Assembly: GCA_014729275.1 (NCBI GenBank)
Contig: WJKE01000066.1
Span: forward strand, 1-42,239
Source of the DNA: Candidatus Peregrinibacteria bacterium
GTDB taxonomy: Bacteria > Patescibacteriota > Gracilibacteria > UBA1369 > LOWO2-01-FULL-3
Direction of reading: 5' to 3'
DNA length: 42,239 bases
Shown here: in pieces, positions 27,353-36,443 of the stretch
How positions within the stretch are numbered: position 1 is the stretch's first letter
Layout of the letters: every line of letters starts with the position of its first letter
The notes under the pieces: model-generated
The model's database searches: none
What the model was told of the DNA's origin: nothing
Seen by the model: only the letters and a program-made list of their open reading frames with translations
Program-made: the position numbers and the translations under genes

Positions 27353-28879
27353 TTAACTATATGTATGCTTACCATTACCATCATGAGGCTTGCTCTCACC
27401 CTTTTTTAAAAGTTGAATCATATCTTTATCTATAGTTTTTGTTGCAAATAGCATTCCACCATATACAAACATACCAAAAGGAATAAGAATCAGCACATTC
27501 CAGTTCTGCATCAATTCGTAACTCACATCCTTTAAATAATAAATCGAAGCACCCATTAAAAGAGAGCTCAAAATAATTTTAAACGCCTTTCCAAAATCAA
27601 TCCTGAATTCCAGATATTTACGCGCGTAATAATAAGTCGCAAACAAAATAAACATTTCACTAAGTACACTTGTAACTGCGGCACCTATAAAGCCGTAATA
27701 CGGAATAAAAATCAAATTTGCGATAAGATTAAAAACAACACAAACCGCATTAATATAAAGAAGCTTCACCTGCCTGTTTACTGCAATCAAAATAAAAGCA
27801 AACAGCACATTCAAAAACTGGAACAGAAGCGCAAAAATCAAAATCTGAAATGCAATATCAGAGCCAACAAAACCTTTATTCAATCTGCTTAAAAACTCAG
27901 GAGTACTTACTATAAATATTATGGGGTAAGCAAGAATTACCCCGCCAACAACCATGGGCACAGCCATAGCCGCCAAAAAATTAAAAGCCTGCGAAATAAT
28001 CTGTTTATACCGCTTGGTTTTTTCATCCAAAGATTTTGTTAGAACAGGCAAAACCGAATTCATAAAATACAAAGGCAAAATAGCAAAATGCTCAAGCATC
28101 TTCATTGCCACACCATAAATTCCAACTTCCTCCTGCCCGCGAATAACAGAAATCAAAATAGAATCCACCCTAAAATAAATTGTATTCAAAATAAGTGCCA
28201 ATCCATAGGGGAGAGCCTCTTTAAGCACCTTTTTCCACAAATCAATATCAAACCTATAACTTATAGGCGTAATTTTCCTCACATAATAGCCGGTAGTCAG
28301 CAGAGTCACAATCGCACCCAAAATTCCGGCACCAATCAGCATGAAAAATCCAATATCCCCCTGATCCGGAAAAGCAAAAAATACTATGTAAACCATAAAT
28401 CCAACTGAAATTGCTTTCCCCAAAATCGAAGCAATAGAAGCCGCGTGCATTTGGAGTTTTGTTTGAAGCACACTTGTCAGAGTTCCATTAATTATGGTTA
28501 GAAACACTGTAATCGAAGCAATAGTAATACCCAAAGGAATTCGGCTATCCCTATAATCCGGAATCAAAAAAGCCAATAAAACCGCAATTAACATAGTAGC
28601 TACTACCAATATTGTCCTAAGGCTCAAAATATTTCCAATTATTTTCGGAATATCATCCTCGTTTTTGGACATTTCCCTAACAGCAATCGTAAAAAGCCCC
28701 AAATCCGCGGCAATCCCAAAAAAAGCCAGAAATTCATATACAAGCACATATTCCCCATATCCCTCCACCGACAAATAATGGGTAGCAATTTTCACAACAG
28801 CGAGCCCCAAAAAAGCCATGCCCACTTTTCCCGCAAATTGCCAAACTGTATTTGATAAAATTTTCCTGGCTACAGACAT
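27353..28879 (-). CDS. oligosaccharide flippase (Wzx-like, MOP superfamily)
   Basis: About 14 TM helices; YG.Y......F......ADLGL....VRE, IYFRVD.ILIS, VGIYGVA, IP.YG..GAA. Confidence 0.9.
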   Translation of the reverse strand: MSVARKILSNTVWQFAGKVGMAFLGLAVVKIATHYLSVEGYGEYVLVYEFLAFFGIAADLGLFTIAVREMSKNEDDIPKIIGNILSLRTILVVATMLIAVLLAFLIPDYRDSRIPLGITIASITVFLTIINGTLTSVLQTKLQMHAASIASILGKAISVGFMVYIVFFAFPDQGDIGFFMLIGAGILGAIVTLLTTGYYVRKITPISYRFDIDLWKKVLKEALPYGLALILNTIYFRVDSILISVIRGQEEVGIYGVAMKMLEHFAILPLYFMNSVLPVLTKSLDEKTKRYKQIISQAFNFLAAMAVPMVVGGVILAYPIIFIVSTPEFLSRLNKGFVGSDIAFQILIFALLFQFLNVLFAFILIAVNRQVKLLYINAVCVVFNLIANLIFIPYYGFIGAAVTSVLSEMFILFATYYYARKYLEFRIDFGKAFKIILSSLLMGASIYYLKDVSYELMQNWNVLILIPFGMFVYGGMLFATKTIDKDMIQLLKKGESKPHDGNGKHTYS

Positions 28880-28926
28880 TACTAATTTGCTAATGTAAAT
28901 TTAACAAACCAACTTTACCCTTTTTT

Positions 28927-30015
28927 ATGCATGAAATAAAGAGCCGGCTTCAGGAGCTAAAGCAAGTTATAAAAACAGGTTTAAACAAAATAAATCTTCC
29001 TGAAAAAAAGAAGCAGCTAAATGAGTTGAATGAAAAAATGCAGGACCCAAATTTTTGGGATGATAGCGATGCGGCACAGGAAATAAGCCAGCATGCCAGC
29101 AATTTAAGCAAATTAATAGATACTTGGGAAAGCGTAAGTAATGAGGTTGAGGAGCTTTTAAATCTCTTTCCGGAAATTTCACCTGAGCGCGATCCGGATT
29201 CTGCTGAGGATTTTAAGCAGATGGTCGCAGCCCTTGAAGAAAAATGGCGAACCCTGGAGATTTCAACTTTCCTAAACGGCAAATACGACGAAGATAATGC
29301 CATCCTAATGATTCAAGCAGGAACAGGCGGTACCGATGCTCAGGATTTTGCGGATATGCTAATGAGGATGTACATGAAATATGCGGAAAAAAATGGTTTT
29401 AGCCTGCAGCTTTTAGATAAAAGTGATGGTGATGAAGCTGGAATAAAAAGCGCAACAATTTTGATAAAAGGGGAGTTTGCTTACGGATATTTAAAAAATG
29501 AGGCCGGAGTGCACAGGCTGGTTAGGCTTTCTCCTTTTAATTCAGGCAACTCCCGCGAAACATCATTTGCGCTTATTGAGGTTCTTCCTGATATTAAAAA
29601 GAAAATCGCTGTAGATATGCACCCGGACGATTTAAAAATTGATGTTTTTAGAGCAGGTGGGCACGGCGGCCAAAGTGTAAACACAACAGATTCAGCAGTT
29701 AGAATTACCCATTTACCTACGGGCATTACTGCCCAATGTCAGAATGAAAGGTCGCAACTCCAGAATAAGGAGCATGCAATGTCGGTTTTACAGGCAAAGC
29801 TAATAGATCAAATGGAAAAAGCTCAGGCCAAAGAGCTCAACGATTTAAAAGGATGCAAAACAGAAGTTTCCTGGGGAAATCAAATAAGATCCTATGTATT
29901 GCACCCTTACAAAATGGTTAAAGACCACAGAACCGACTATGAAGAAAACAATCCAGACAGTGTATTGGATGGAAACCTTGAAGGCTTTATCGAAGCGGAG
30001 CTCAAAAAGATTTAA
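28927..30015 (+). CDS. prfB: peptide chain release factor 2
   Basis: RLVRLSPF (SPF), GGHGGQSVNTTDSAVR, WGNQIRSYV; continuous ORF. Confidence 0.97.
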   Translation: MHEIKSRLQELKQVIKTGLNKINLPEKKKQLNELNEKMQDPNFWDDSDAAQEISQHASNLSKLIDTWESVSNEVEELLNLFPEISPERDPDSAEDFKQMVAALEEKWRTLEISTFLNGKYDEDNAILMIQAGTGGTDAQDFADMLMRMYMKYAEKNGFSLQLLDKSDGDEAGIKSATILIKGEFAYGYLKNEAGVHRLVRLSPFNSGNSRETSFALIEVLPDIKKKIAVDMHPDDLKIDVFRAGGHGGQSVNTTDSAVRITHLPTGITAQCQNERSQLQNKEHAMSVLQAKLIDQMEKAQAKELNDLKGCKTEVSWGNQIRSYVLHPYKMVKDHRTDYEENNPDSVLDGNLEGFIEAELKKI

Positions 30016-30082
30016 AATCCCTATAGTATTCTGGACGGCAATTTATAAAGTTTTAAAAGAAGCGGAGCTCAAAAAGATTTAA
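29950..30082 (+). repeat. tandem degenerate duplication of the last 22 codons of prfB
   Basis: 29950-30015 vs 30016-30082; the last 24 nt (GAAGCGGAGCTCAAAAAGATTTAA) are identical. Confidence 0.85.
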
Positions 30083-30399
30083 TCTATTTCATCCAGCAAA
30101 TCATCAAGTTTTTCCTTATCTTTTTCTTCAGCAAGTTTTTCCTTTTCGGATAATTTTAGGGAATTAAGCTTATTTGCAAGCTCAGTTAAAGTATCCGAAA
30201 ATTTTTCTAAAGTATTAAGCTTCTCTTTTTGGTTTTCGGTAGCCAAAAATTCGTAAACACTATCTTGGTCCTCCAAAGGAAGATTTACAAGTTTTTTCAA
30301 ATATTCCGATTTTTCCTCATCACTTAAAGAGCTGTAAGAAGGATAATTCGCTAAAAATTCCTTTAATTTCTTACTTTTTAAATCTGATAATACTGGCAT
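30079..30399 (-). CDS. hypothetical helical protein
   Basis: 106-aa charged ORF. Confidence 0.65.
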   Translation of the reverse strand: MPVLSDLKSKKLKEFLANYPSYSSLSDEEKSEYLKKLVNLPLEDQDSVYEFLATENQKEKLNTLEKFSDTLTELANKLNSLKLSEKEKLAEEKDKEKLDDLLDEID

Positions 30400-30461
30400 A
30401 TAAATTTTTATTTACTTTTTACACATTATATCACTCCTAACACTTTGAGTAAATAAAGCGT

Positions 30462-31379
30462 TTAGCCCGAATCACAATACTCCGCAATTCGCCCGTTTAT
30501 CAAATTCATGATGTCGTAGTATGGCAGGGCATCAATTGGCCGCCAATGCTGCTCTTCCAGGAATCCAAGATGGATTATTTTGTGATGCTCAACACACAAA
30601 TGCTTCAATTTATCCGGATCATGCGTTTTTGTGAGCGCAAAAGCCTCTGTGTGGTGTATATTTTTGGCGGATTTGTAACAATTCGGATGCTCGCAAATTC
30701 CTTGAGACCGCCTGTTAATATATGTTTCGATTTTTTTGGGAATTTTCCGGCTGCGGTTTTTTACGGGCTTGGGTTTTTCAATTTTTGACTGCCTCTTTTC
30801 AGCTTCCATCCCTTTTTCACTCAATTCAAGCAATTTTTTCATAGCTTCATTCCAGTCGCCCTTGCCTTTAATTTTTTTCAACTTTTCAATTAACTCCTTA
30901 TCAAGCTTCATTGAAAGTTGTTCCTTTTGATTCAAACCTCGCTCTATTAAACCATTTTTGGTCGGACTCCCGGTGCCGGCACCATCATCACAATATTTTT
31001 CTTCCTTAAAATCCTTCACAAAAGTTACAAGAGTATTTTTGCTCATTTTTTTCGCCTTATCCGCCCAAAATTTCTGATTATCTTCAGTAGCAATGCATGC
31101 AACCGGTCGCACCGCCTGAATCCCCTTGTTCTCGGCAACTTCCATTAACTCCGGTTTATTCTTAATTTTCCGTAAAATACGCAAAGAATCATTAACTTTA
31201 TACCGGCTCATCCCCGCAATCACACGCGCATAATCGTAAATAGAATCAAACCCCTTCTTCTCCCAAATTCTATTCCTTTCAATTTTAGGCAGCATCAACA
31301 CGCATTTATGCATCCATTCCCGCGCATTCCGTCCATATCTGCAAAACTCATCGTGCAATATTTTATCTTTTTTATTCAT
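30462..31379 (-). CDS. HNH endonuclease with N-terminal helical domain (DUF222-like architecture)
   Basis: SRKIPKKI......R..G.CEHPNC.....IHH......THDP..L..LC.EHH...H.G; N-terminal WEKKGFDSIYDY. Confidence 0.8.
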   Translation of the reverse strand: MNKKDKILHDEFCRYGRNAREWMHKCVLMLPKIERNRIWEKKGFDSIYDYARVIAGMSRYKVNDSLRILRKIKNKPELMEVAENKGIQAVRPVACIATEDNQKFWADKAKKMSKNTLVTFVKDFKEEKYCDDGAGTGSPTKNGLIERGLNQKEQLSMKLDKELIEKLKKIKGKGDWNEAMKKLLELSEKGMEAEKRQSKIEKPKPVKNRSRKIPKKIETYINRRSQGICEHPNCYKSAKNIHHTEAFALTKTHDPDKLKHLCVEHHKIIHLGFLEEQHWRPIDALPYYDIMNLINGRIAEYCDSG

Positions 31380-31491
31380 ATTTCCGAGGGGTAAATGATA
31401 TTCTTATTATACCTTGAAAAAGCCAAAAATCGAGCATTTCAACTTGAAACTCCACGCAAAATATGGTGAGGATACGCTCACCCAAACACTT

Positions 31492-31676
31492 CCTTAAAAG
31501 TCCGGTTTTTTTCGCATATAATTTCTTGGTTTAAACTAAAGAAACAAAGCACCGCACATCAAAACAAAGCTCCGCACATCAAAACAAACATTAGTATAAG
31601 CACCAAATTGCGTACGGTAAAAAGCAAAAAAGCAAAGATTATTGATAATTTTTTGGCAAAACCGGGGCCTTTTAGG
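31492..31676. mobile_element. MITE-like repeat, copy C, with an internal ~20-bp tandem duplication
   Basis: CCTTAAAAGTCCGG...(AAACAAAGCWCCGCACATCA)x2...TATAAGCACCAAATTGCGTACGGTAAAAAGC...GGCAAAACCGGGGCCTTTTAGG. Confidence 0.7.
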
Positions 31677-31738
31677 CGCATTTTAACTTGACGACACGCC
31701 TAAATTTTTGTTTTCATAATAATACTAAATTAAAAACT

Positions 31739-32221
31739 ATGAGCAAAATCCCAATTATCACAGGCGAGGATAATCACATTTTAAGAACAAAATCTGAAAA
31801 GGTTAGCTCTTTCAATTCTGACTTAAAAAAACTTGTAAAAAAGCTAAAAAAAGCACTGATCGAGCATAACGGACTTGGAATTGCAGCTCCACAAATCGGC
31901 ATAAATGAAAGGGTAGTACTCATAACCTTAAACCACGGAAGCGACAGACCAATTATCCTTCCCATGATAAACCCCGAAATAGTTGAATTCAGCAATGAAA
32001 GCGAAGTCGCAGAAGAAGGATGCCTTAGCCTTCCCGGAATTTTCAAAGACGTTGAACGCGCAAAACACATAAAAATAAAATTCAAAGACATAGAAGGTAC
32101 TTCACTTATGTTGAGCCTAAGCGACTTAAACGCACGCGAAGCCCAACACGAAGTTGACCACCTTGATGGAATCCTTTTCACTGACAGAGTAAACTCTAAA
32201 AAACTTAACAAAATATTATGA
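31739..32221 (+). CDS. def: peptide deformylase
   Basis: GLGIAAPQIG, EGCLS, QHEVDHLDG; start re-called at ATG 31739. Confidence 0.97.
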   Translation: MSKIPIITGEDNHILRTKSEKVSSFNSDLKKLVKKLKKALIEHNGLGIAAPQIGINERVVLITLNHGSDRPIILPMINPEIVEFSNESEVAEEGCLSLPGIFKDVERAKHIKIKFKDIEGTSLMLSLSDLNAREAQHEVDHLDGILFTDRVNSKKLNKIL

Positions 32222-33972
32222 AAAAAGCCCTAATTTTCTTTGCTTTTCTCCTCTTAAGTACGCAAACAGTTTTTGCTGATTCTGCAAACCTAAACGGTGC
32301 TGGAGCAAACGCAACTTCTCTTAGTCCCGAACAAAACGAACACATTAAAATGGTAGATGAGCAACTCATTATGACAATTTACCCTTCTTCATTAGATGAA
32401 AACGGTTACACAGAGGGCTACACCGATACCGATGTTACTTATACTTTTACAAACACTTCTTCAGAGTCTCAAACAGTTACACTCGGCTTCCCCGAAAGGT
32501 GCCTGGATTATTGCTCAGAAGAATCGGATTTTTGGAGACTAGCTGATTTTAAGGCTTATATAAATGATGAAGAAGTAGACACAGATTACATCTACACAGA
32601 ATATTCTTACGAAAATTTTTCTGACCATACAGATAGCTGGTATGTATATGAAACGGTTTTCGCGCCTAATGAAACTAAAAAAATCAGAAATACTTACAAA
32701 TTTCAGCATTCAAACTATAAGGGGTCGAATAGGTGGTTCTACTATATTCTTGAAACCGGCTCTACCTGGCTTGGCCCAATAGAGAACCTGGATATATATA
32801 TACGATTTTCTCCGGGTCTGAGTCTTTATAATATTAACTCTATCACTGGTCCTTCCGGTTATCTTATGAATCAAAGGGATAACCAAATTGAATGGCATAT
32901 TACAAATCTCGAACCAACTGACAGCGACAATATTGAAATAGATTTTGATCCATTCACAGACGCAGATTTTATGTGCATAGTCGAACCCGAATATCACGAA
33001 GGATATCCTGCTTCTTCTTCACTTAAGGCGGAACCTGAAAATGATTTAATGTATTATCCCTGCCTTGTTGGCGATAACCAAATTGAAACCGCCTGGGTAG
33101 AAGGAGTTGATGGTCCGGGAATAGGCGAATGGATTCAGGTCCCGCTTGATCCCGCAAAAAACTATGATAAAGTACAAATTTTTAGTGGATACGGTGAAAG
33201 TGATGAATTATGGGATCAAAACAACAGAGTCAAGGATTTAAAAATCACTTTTTCAACAGGTTTTGAACAAACTGTGCACTTTATCGACAATTACGATTAC
33301 GAAGTTTTCACGCTTGATGAAATAGTTGTAGCCCCTTTATGGGCAAAATTCGAAATACTTAATATTTATCCCGGCACAAAATTTGACGATACTGCAATCA
33401 GCGAAATAAAAGTTCTTGGAATCCTCCCCTCAGATGAGGAGACAAGCTTCCCGGACATAATTGGCCACAAATACGAAGAATCCATTAAATACTGCCGCGA
33501 CAACAAAATTGTAAACGGATATAGCGACGGCACATTCAAGCCCGACAATCCCATAAACCGAGCAGAGTTCACAAAAATTATTATGGAAGCTACTTATCCG
33601 GATGAGTCTTATGGAGCAAACTGCTTCCCCGATGTAAAAGCTGACTGGTACGCAAAATATGTCTGCCACGCCAAGCTGCTTGGGCATATTCAGGGGTACC
33701 CGGACGGACATTTTCATCCAGAAGACCAAATTAATTATGTAGAAGCTTTAAAAATAATATTTAAAGGATTTGGCATGGACTGGGCTAATGATGATATCTT
33801 CCCCGCAGGTTTTGTAATTGAAAACTGGTATGACGAATATGTATATATGGCAGATAGCATGGGAGTTAGCTTAACAGGCATAGAAGTAGGCGACTATATT
33901 ACCAGGGCTGAAATGACTGAAATGATCTACAGATTAAAGAAATTTATTGAAGAAGCTAACAAGGACGACTAG
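32218..33972 (+). CDS. secreted SLH protein with DUF4424-like and discoidin/glycan-binding-like domains
   Basis: Signal peptide; YIL.TG.TW.GPI; D....TAWVEG..G.GIGEW...N.RVK...YPG.K.DDT.ISEI; SLH repeats. Confidence 0.75.
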   Translation: MKKALIFFAFLLLSTQTVFADSANLNGAGANATSLSPEQNEHIKMVDEQLIMTIYPSSLDENGYTEGYTDTDVTYTFTNTSSESQTVTLGFPERCLDYCSEESDFWRLADFKAYINDEEVDTDYIYTEYSYENFSDHTDSWYVYETVFAPNETKKIRNTYKFQHSNYKGSNRWFYYILETGSTWLGPIENLDIYIRFSPGLSLYNINSITGPSGYLMNQRDNQIEWHITNLEPTDSDNIEIDFDPFTDADFMCIVEPEYHEGYPASSSLKAEPENDLMYYPCLVGDNQIETAWVEGVDGPGIGEWIQVPLDPAKNYDKVQIFSGYGESDELWDQNNRVKDLKITFSTGFEQTVHFIDNYDYEVFTLDEIVVAPLWAKFEILNIYPGTKFDDTAISEIKVLGILPSDEETSFPDIIGHKYEESIKYCRDNKIVNGYSDGTFKPDNPINRAEFTKIIMEATYPDESYGANCFPDVKADWYAKYVCHAKLLGHIQGYPDGHFHPEDQINYVEALKIIFKGFGMDWANDDIFPAGFVIENWYDEYVYMADSMGVSLTGIEVGDYITRAEMTEMIYRLKKFIEEANKDD

Positions 33973-34604
33973 GGGAGCCTAATCTTTCTGAAACTGTAGA
34001 AATCATTGCACATTAAATATTTATTTGTACGTTTTTGCTGCCCCAATGTGGCATAAGGTTTTTCACCATAATCATGCCCGGGATATATTATTGTTTCATC
34101 AGGAAGAGTTTTTATTCGCTTGAGACTTTCATAAAGCTCCTTAACGTCACTACCCGGCAAATCCGCCCTTCCACAGGCATCAATAAAAAGAGTATCGCCG
34201 GTAAAAAGTTTTGGTATCCCATCATTGGCCTGTGTTTCATCAATAAAATAGCAAACCGAATCAATTGAATGACCAGGAGTGTATAAAACCTTAATTTTCA
34301 CATCATCCAACAATATCTCATCATTATCATCAAGGCGATTCACTTTAATATCATCCTTAATATTTTTGTGGATATATATGGGAATTTTATATTCCTCAAC
34401 CAAGCGCTCCACCCCTTCAGTATGATCAAAATGGCTATGGGTAATCAAAATCATTTTGGGTATCCATCCCTTTAAATTTATCTCGGCAATAAGCTGTTCA
34501 CTATCACCCGGATCCACGATCGCAATACTTTTCCCCCCCTTACCATTATGCAAAAAATAAGTGAAATTTTTATCAAAACCCCTAATTGCAATTTGTTCCA
34601 CCAT
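33969..34604 (-). CDS. MBL-fold hydrolase (glyoxalase II-like)
   Basis: THSHFDH, TPGHS, FTGDTLF, GR.DL, YPGHDY. Confidence 0.9.
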   Translation of the reverse strand: MVEQIAIRGFDKNFTYFLHNGKGGKSIAIVDPGDSEQLIAEINLKGWIPKMILITHSHFDHTEGVERLVEEYKIPIYIHKNIKDDIKVNRLDDNDEILLDDVKIKVLYTPGHSIDSVCYFIDETQANDGIPKLFTGDTLFIDACGRADLPGSDVKELYESLKRIKTLPDETIIYPGHDYGEKPYATLGQQKRTNKYLMCNDFYSFRKIRLP

Positions 34605-34683
34605 GCAACCATTATCATTTTTTTATAATAAAAAATCAAATTTTTATGTATACTTACTACCAGTAATTTAACCCCCAATACCT

Positions 34684-35277
34684 ATGAATCAATATCCGGA
34701 TAAAGTTACTCCGCTCTCTTACCCCATTAACGATTTGCTGGCTAAACGCTGGAGCCCAATGGCTTTCTCTGACAAAGCCATTGAAAAGGAAAAAATTTCA
34801 TCACTTTTTGAAGCCGCAAAATGGGCACCTTCTTCATTTAATGGCCAACCCTGGAAAATTATTTACGCAGAAAAAGAAAATAAGGAAGAATACGACCGCT
34901 TAGCCTCACTGCTCGTTGAAGGAAACGACTGGGCAAAAGACGCTTATTTATTACTACTTATCTGTGCCTCAAAAAACTTTGAATATAAAAACAAACCAAA
35001 TAAACACCACCAGTACGATACCGGAGCAGCAATTGAAAACCTTTTTCTACAAGCGGTATCAATGGATTTAGTCGGCCACGAGATGGCAGGGTTCGATTCA
35101 GAAAAAGCATACAAGCTTTTAAATATCCCCGAGGAGGTATCTGTATTAGCCATGATGGCTATTGGTTACCCGGGTACTCCAAGTGACTTAAGCCGCGATC
35201 TCCAAGAAAGACAAAATGCAGAGCGTGAAAGAAAACCTATAGAAAAATTTGCTTTCAAAGGAAAATGGAAACAATAA
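34684..35277 (+). CDS. nitroreductase family protein
   Basis: RWSP.AF, AA.WAPSSFN.QPW, YDTGAA..N..LQA, H.MAGFD, IGYPG. Confidence 0.93.
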   Translation: MNQYPDKVTPLSYPINDLLAKRWSPMAFSDKAIEKEKISSLFEAAKWAPSSFNGQPWKIIYAEKENKEEYDRLASLLVEGNDWAKDAYLLLLICASKNFEYKNKPNKHHQYDTGAAIENLFLQAVSMDLVGHEMAGFDSEKAYKLLNIPEEVSVLAMMAIGYPGTPSDLSRDLQERQNAERERKPIEKFAFKGKWKQ

Positions 35278-35278
35278 A

Positions 35279-35307
35279 AAAAGAGGAGCAAATATTACTC
35301 CTCTTTT
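35279..35307. terminator. bidirectional terminator
   Basis: AAAAGAGGAG / CTCCTCTTTT between convergent genes. Confidence 0.7.
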
Positions 35308-35325
35308 CATTCTAAAAATTTTGAA

Positions 35326-36381
35326 TTACATCTCCACGTTTAATTGCATATCTTCCATATCTTCCATCATGCTTGGATCCATTGGAGCTTCCATATCTTC
35401 CATCATGCTTGGATCCATTGGAGCTTCCATATCTTCCATCATGCTTGGATCCATCGCACCTCCAAAAAGGAACATCATAGGATCAAACTCTTCAGCACCC
35501 TCAGGTACCTCAATCACAACATCCTTATTGTGATTCCATGAATACATAGAAAAATCAACTGTACCATTGGCACCATCTTTAACTTCAAGCTCAAGTACAC
35601 CATCCATTCCTCTTGAAGTCATATCCGCAGTGGATACATAGAAAACACCACTTATTTCAATTGTTTCAAGCGCTTCCCTTAGTTCATTAATTTCAGATTC
35701 ACTGGCATCTTCTCCTGTTGAAATCTTTGCAGATTCAACCAAAAAAGTAACAACTGCCTGTCTATCGAGAGTTACTTCATACTTATAAACTTCTTCACCT
35801 TTTACGTCCCCTATACCCGCATATTTTGCATTTTTAAAGAAGTCAGTACCTTTAACCAGTTGTTTTAGCTCCTTATTTTGAGGTGCAAGGACATTTTCTT
35901 CACTAAATGTTCCCTCGGGAATAGCCATTTTCCACCACTTTGCAAGATAAGGCTCATACATAGAAGTAGGGAATTGGCCTTCAAAATCAGTAATTTTCTC
36001 CACAATAAAATAAAGATATTCACCATCTAATCTTAGTTCCCCCATAAGCTCCTGCATTTCTCCATTATCCCAATTACCGGTACCATCAACCTTCATGGTT
36101 AATTTAGGTTTTGTAAGATCTGTATGGTCCAGTTCTCCCGAGAGATTAAACTTAAATTTAATATTCTCCGGGCTTTCTCCCTCGGGACCATCCAAATCGG
36201 CATCCATGCTAAATTCATATTCTGATGATTTTGTGTTTTCCACAGAATTAGAAATCGCCTCTTTGAGGACTTCTTTAGGTTCCTTATCCGGCCCGTCACC
36301 TTTTAGGCCAAGTGAACATCCATTCAGTCCAACCAAAACTACAAGCATCATTGCAATGCTCAAAATTTTGAATTTTTTCAT
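35326..36381 (-). CDS. lipoprotein with Met-rich C-terminal repeats
   Basis: Lipobox LNGC; beta-rich body ending N.DV.IEVP..A (LppX/LprA-like, tentative); near-triple MDPSMMEDMEAP repeat. Confidence 0.75.
   Translation of the reverse strand: MKKFKILSIAMMLVVLVGLNGCSLGLKGDGPDKEPKEVLKEAISNSVENTKSSEYEFSMDADLDGPEGESPENIKFKFNLSGELDHTDLTKPKLTMKVDGTGNWDNGEMQELMGELRLDGEYLYFIVEKITDFEGQFPTSMYEPYLAKWWKMAIPEGTFSEENVLAPQNKELKQLVKGTDFFKNAKYAGIGDVKGEEVYKYEVTLDRQAVVTFLVESAKISTGEDASESEINELREALETIEISGVFYVSTADMTSRGMDGVLELEVKDGANGTVDFSMYSWNHNKDVVIEVPEGAEEFDPMMFLFGGAMDPSMMEDMEAPMDPSMMEDMEAPMDPSMMEDMEDMQLNVEM
35352..35454. repeat. 36-bp coding tandem repeat, about 2.9 copies
   Basis: CTTCCATATCTTCCATCATGCTTGGATCCATTGGAG, perfect copies. 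Confidence 0.95.
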
Positions 36382-36443
36382 ATTTTATTATTAATAAATA
36401 TTGCTTATGCAAGGTTATTGCAATTGCTTTTGCATGTCAAATT

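Noticed and set aside
35352-35454. 36-bp repeats as a CRISPR array
   Set aside because: No spacers, in-frame coding tandem repeat, no cas genes in the window
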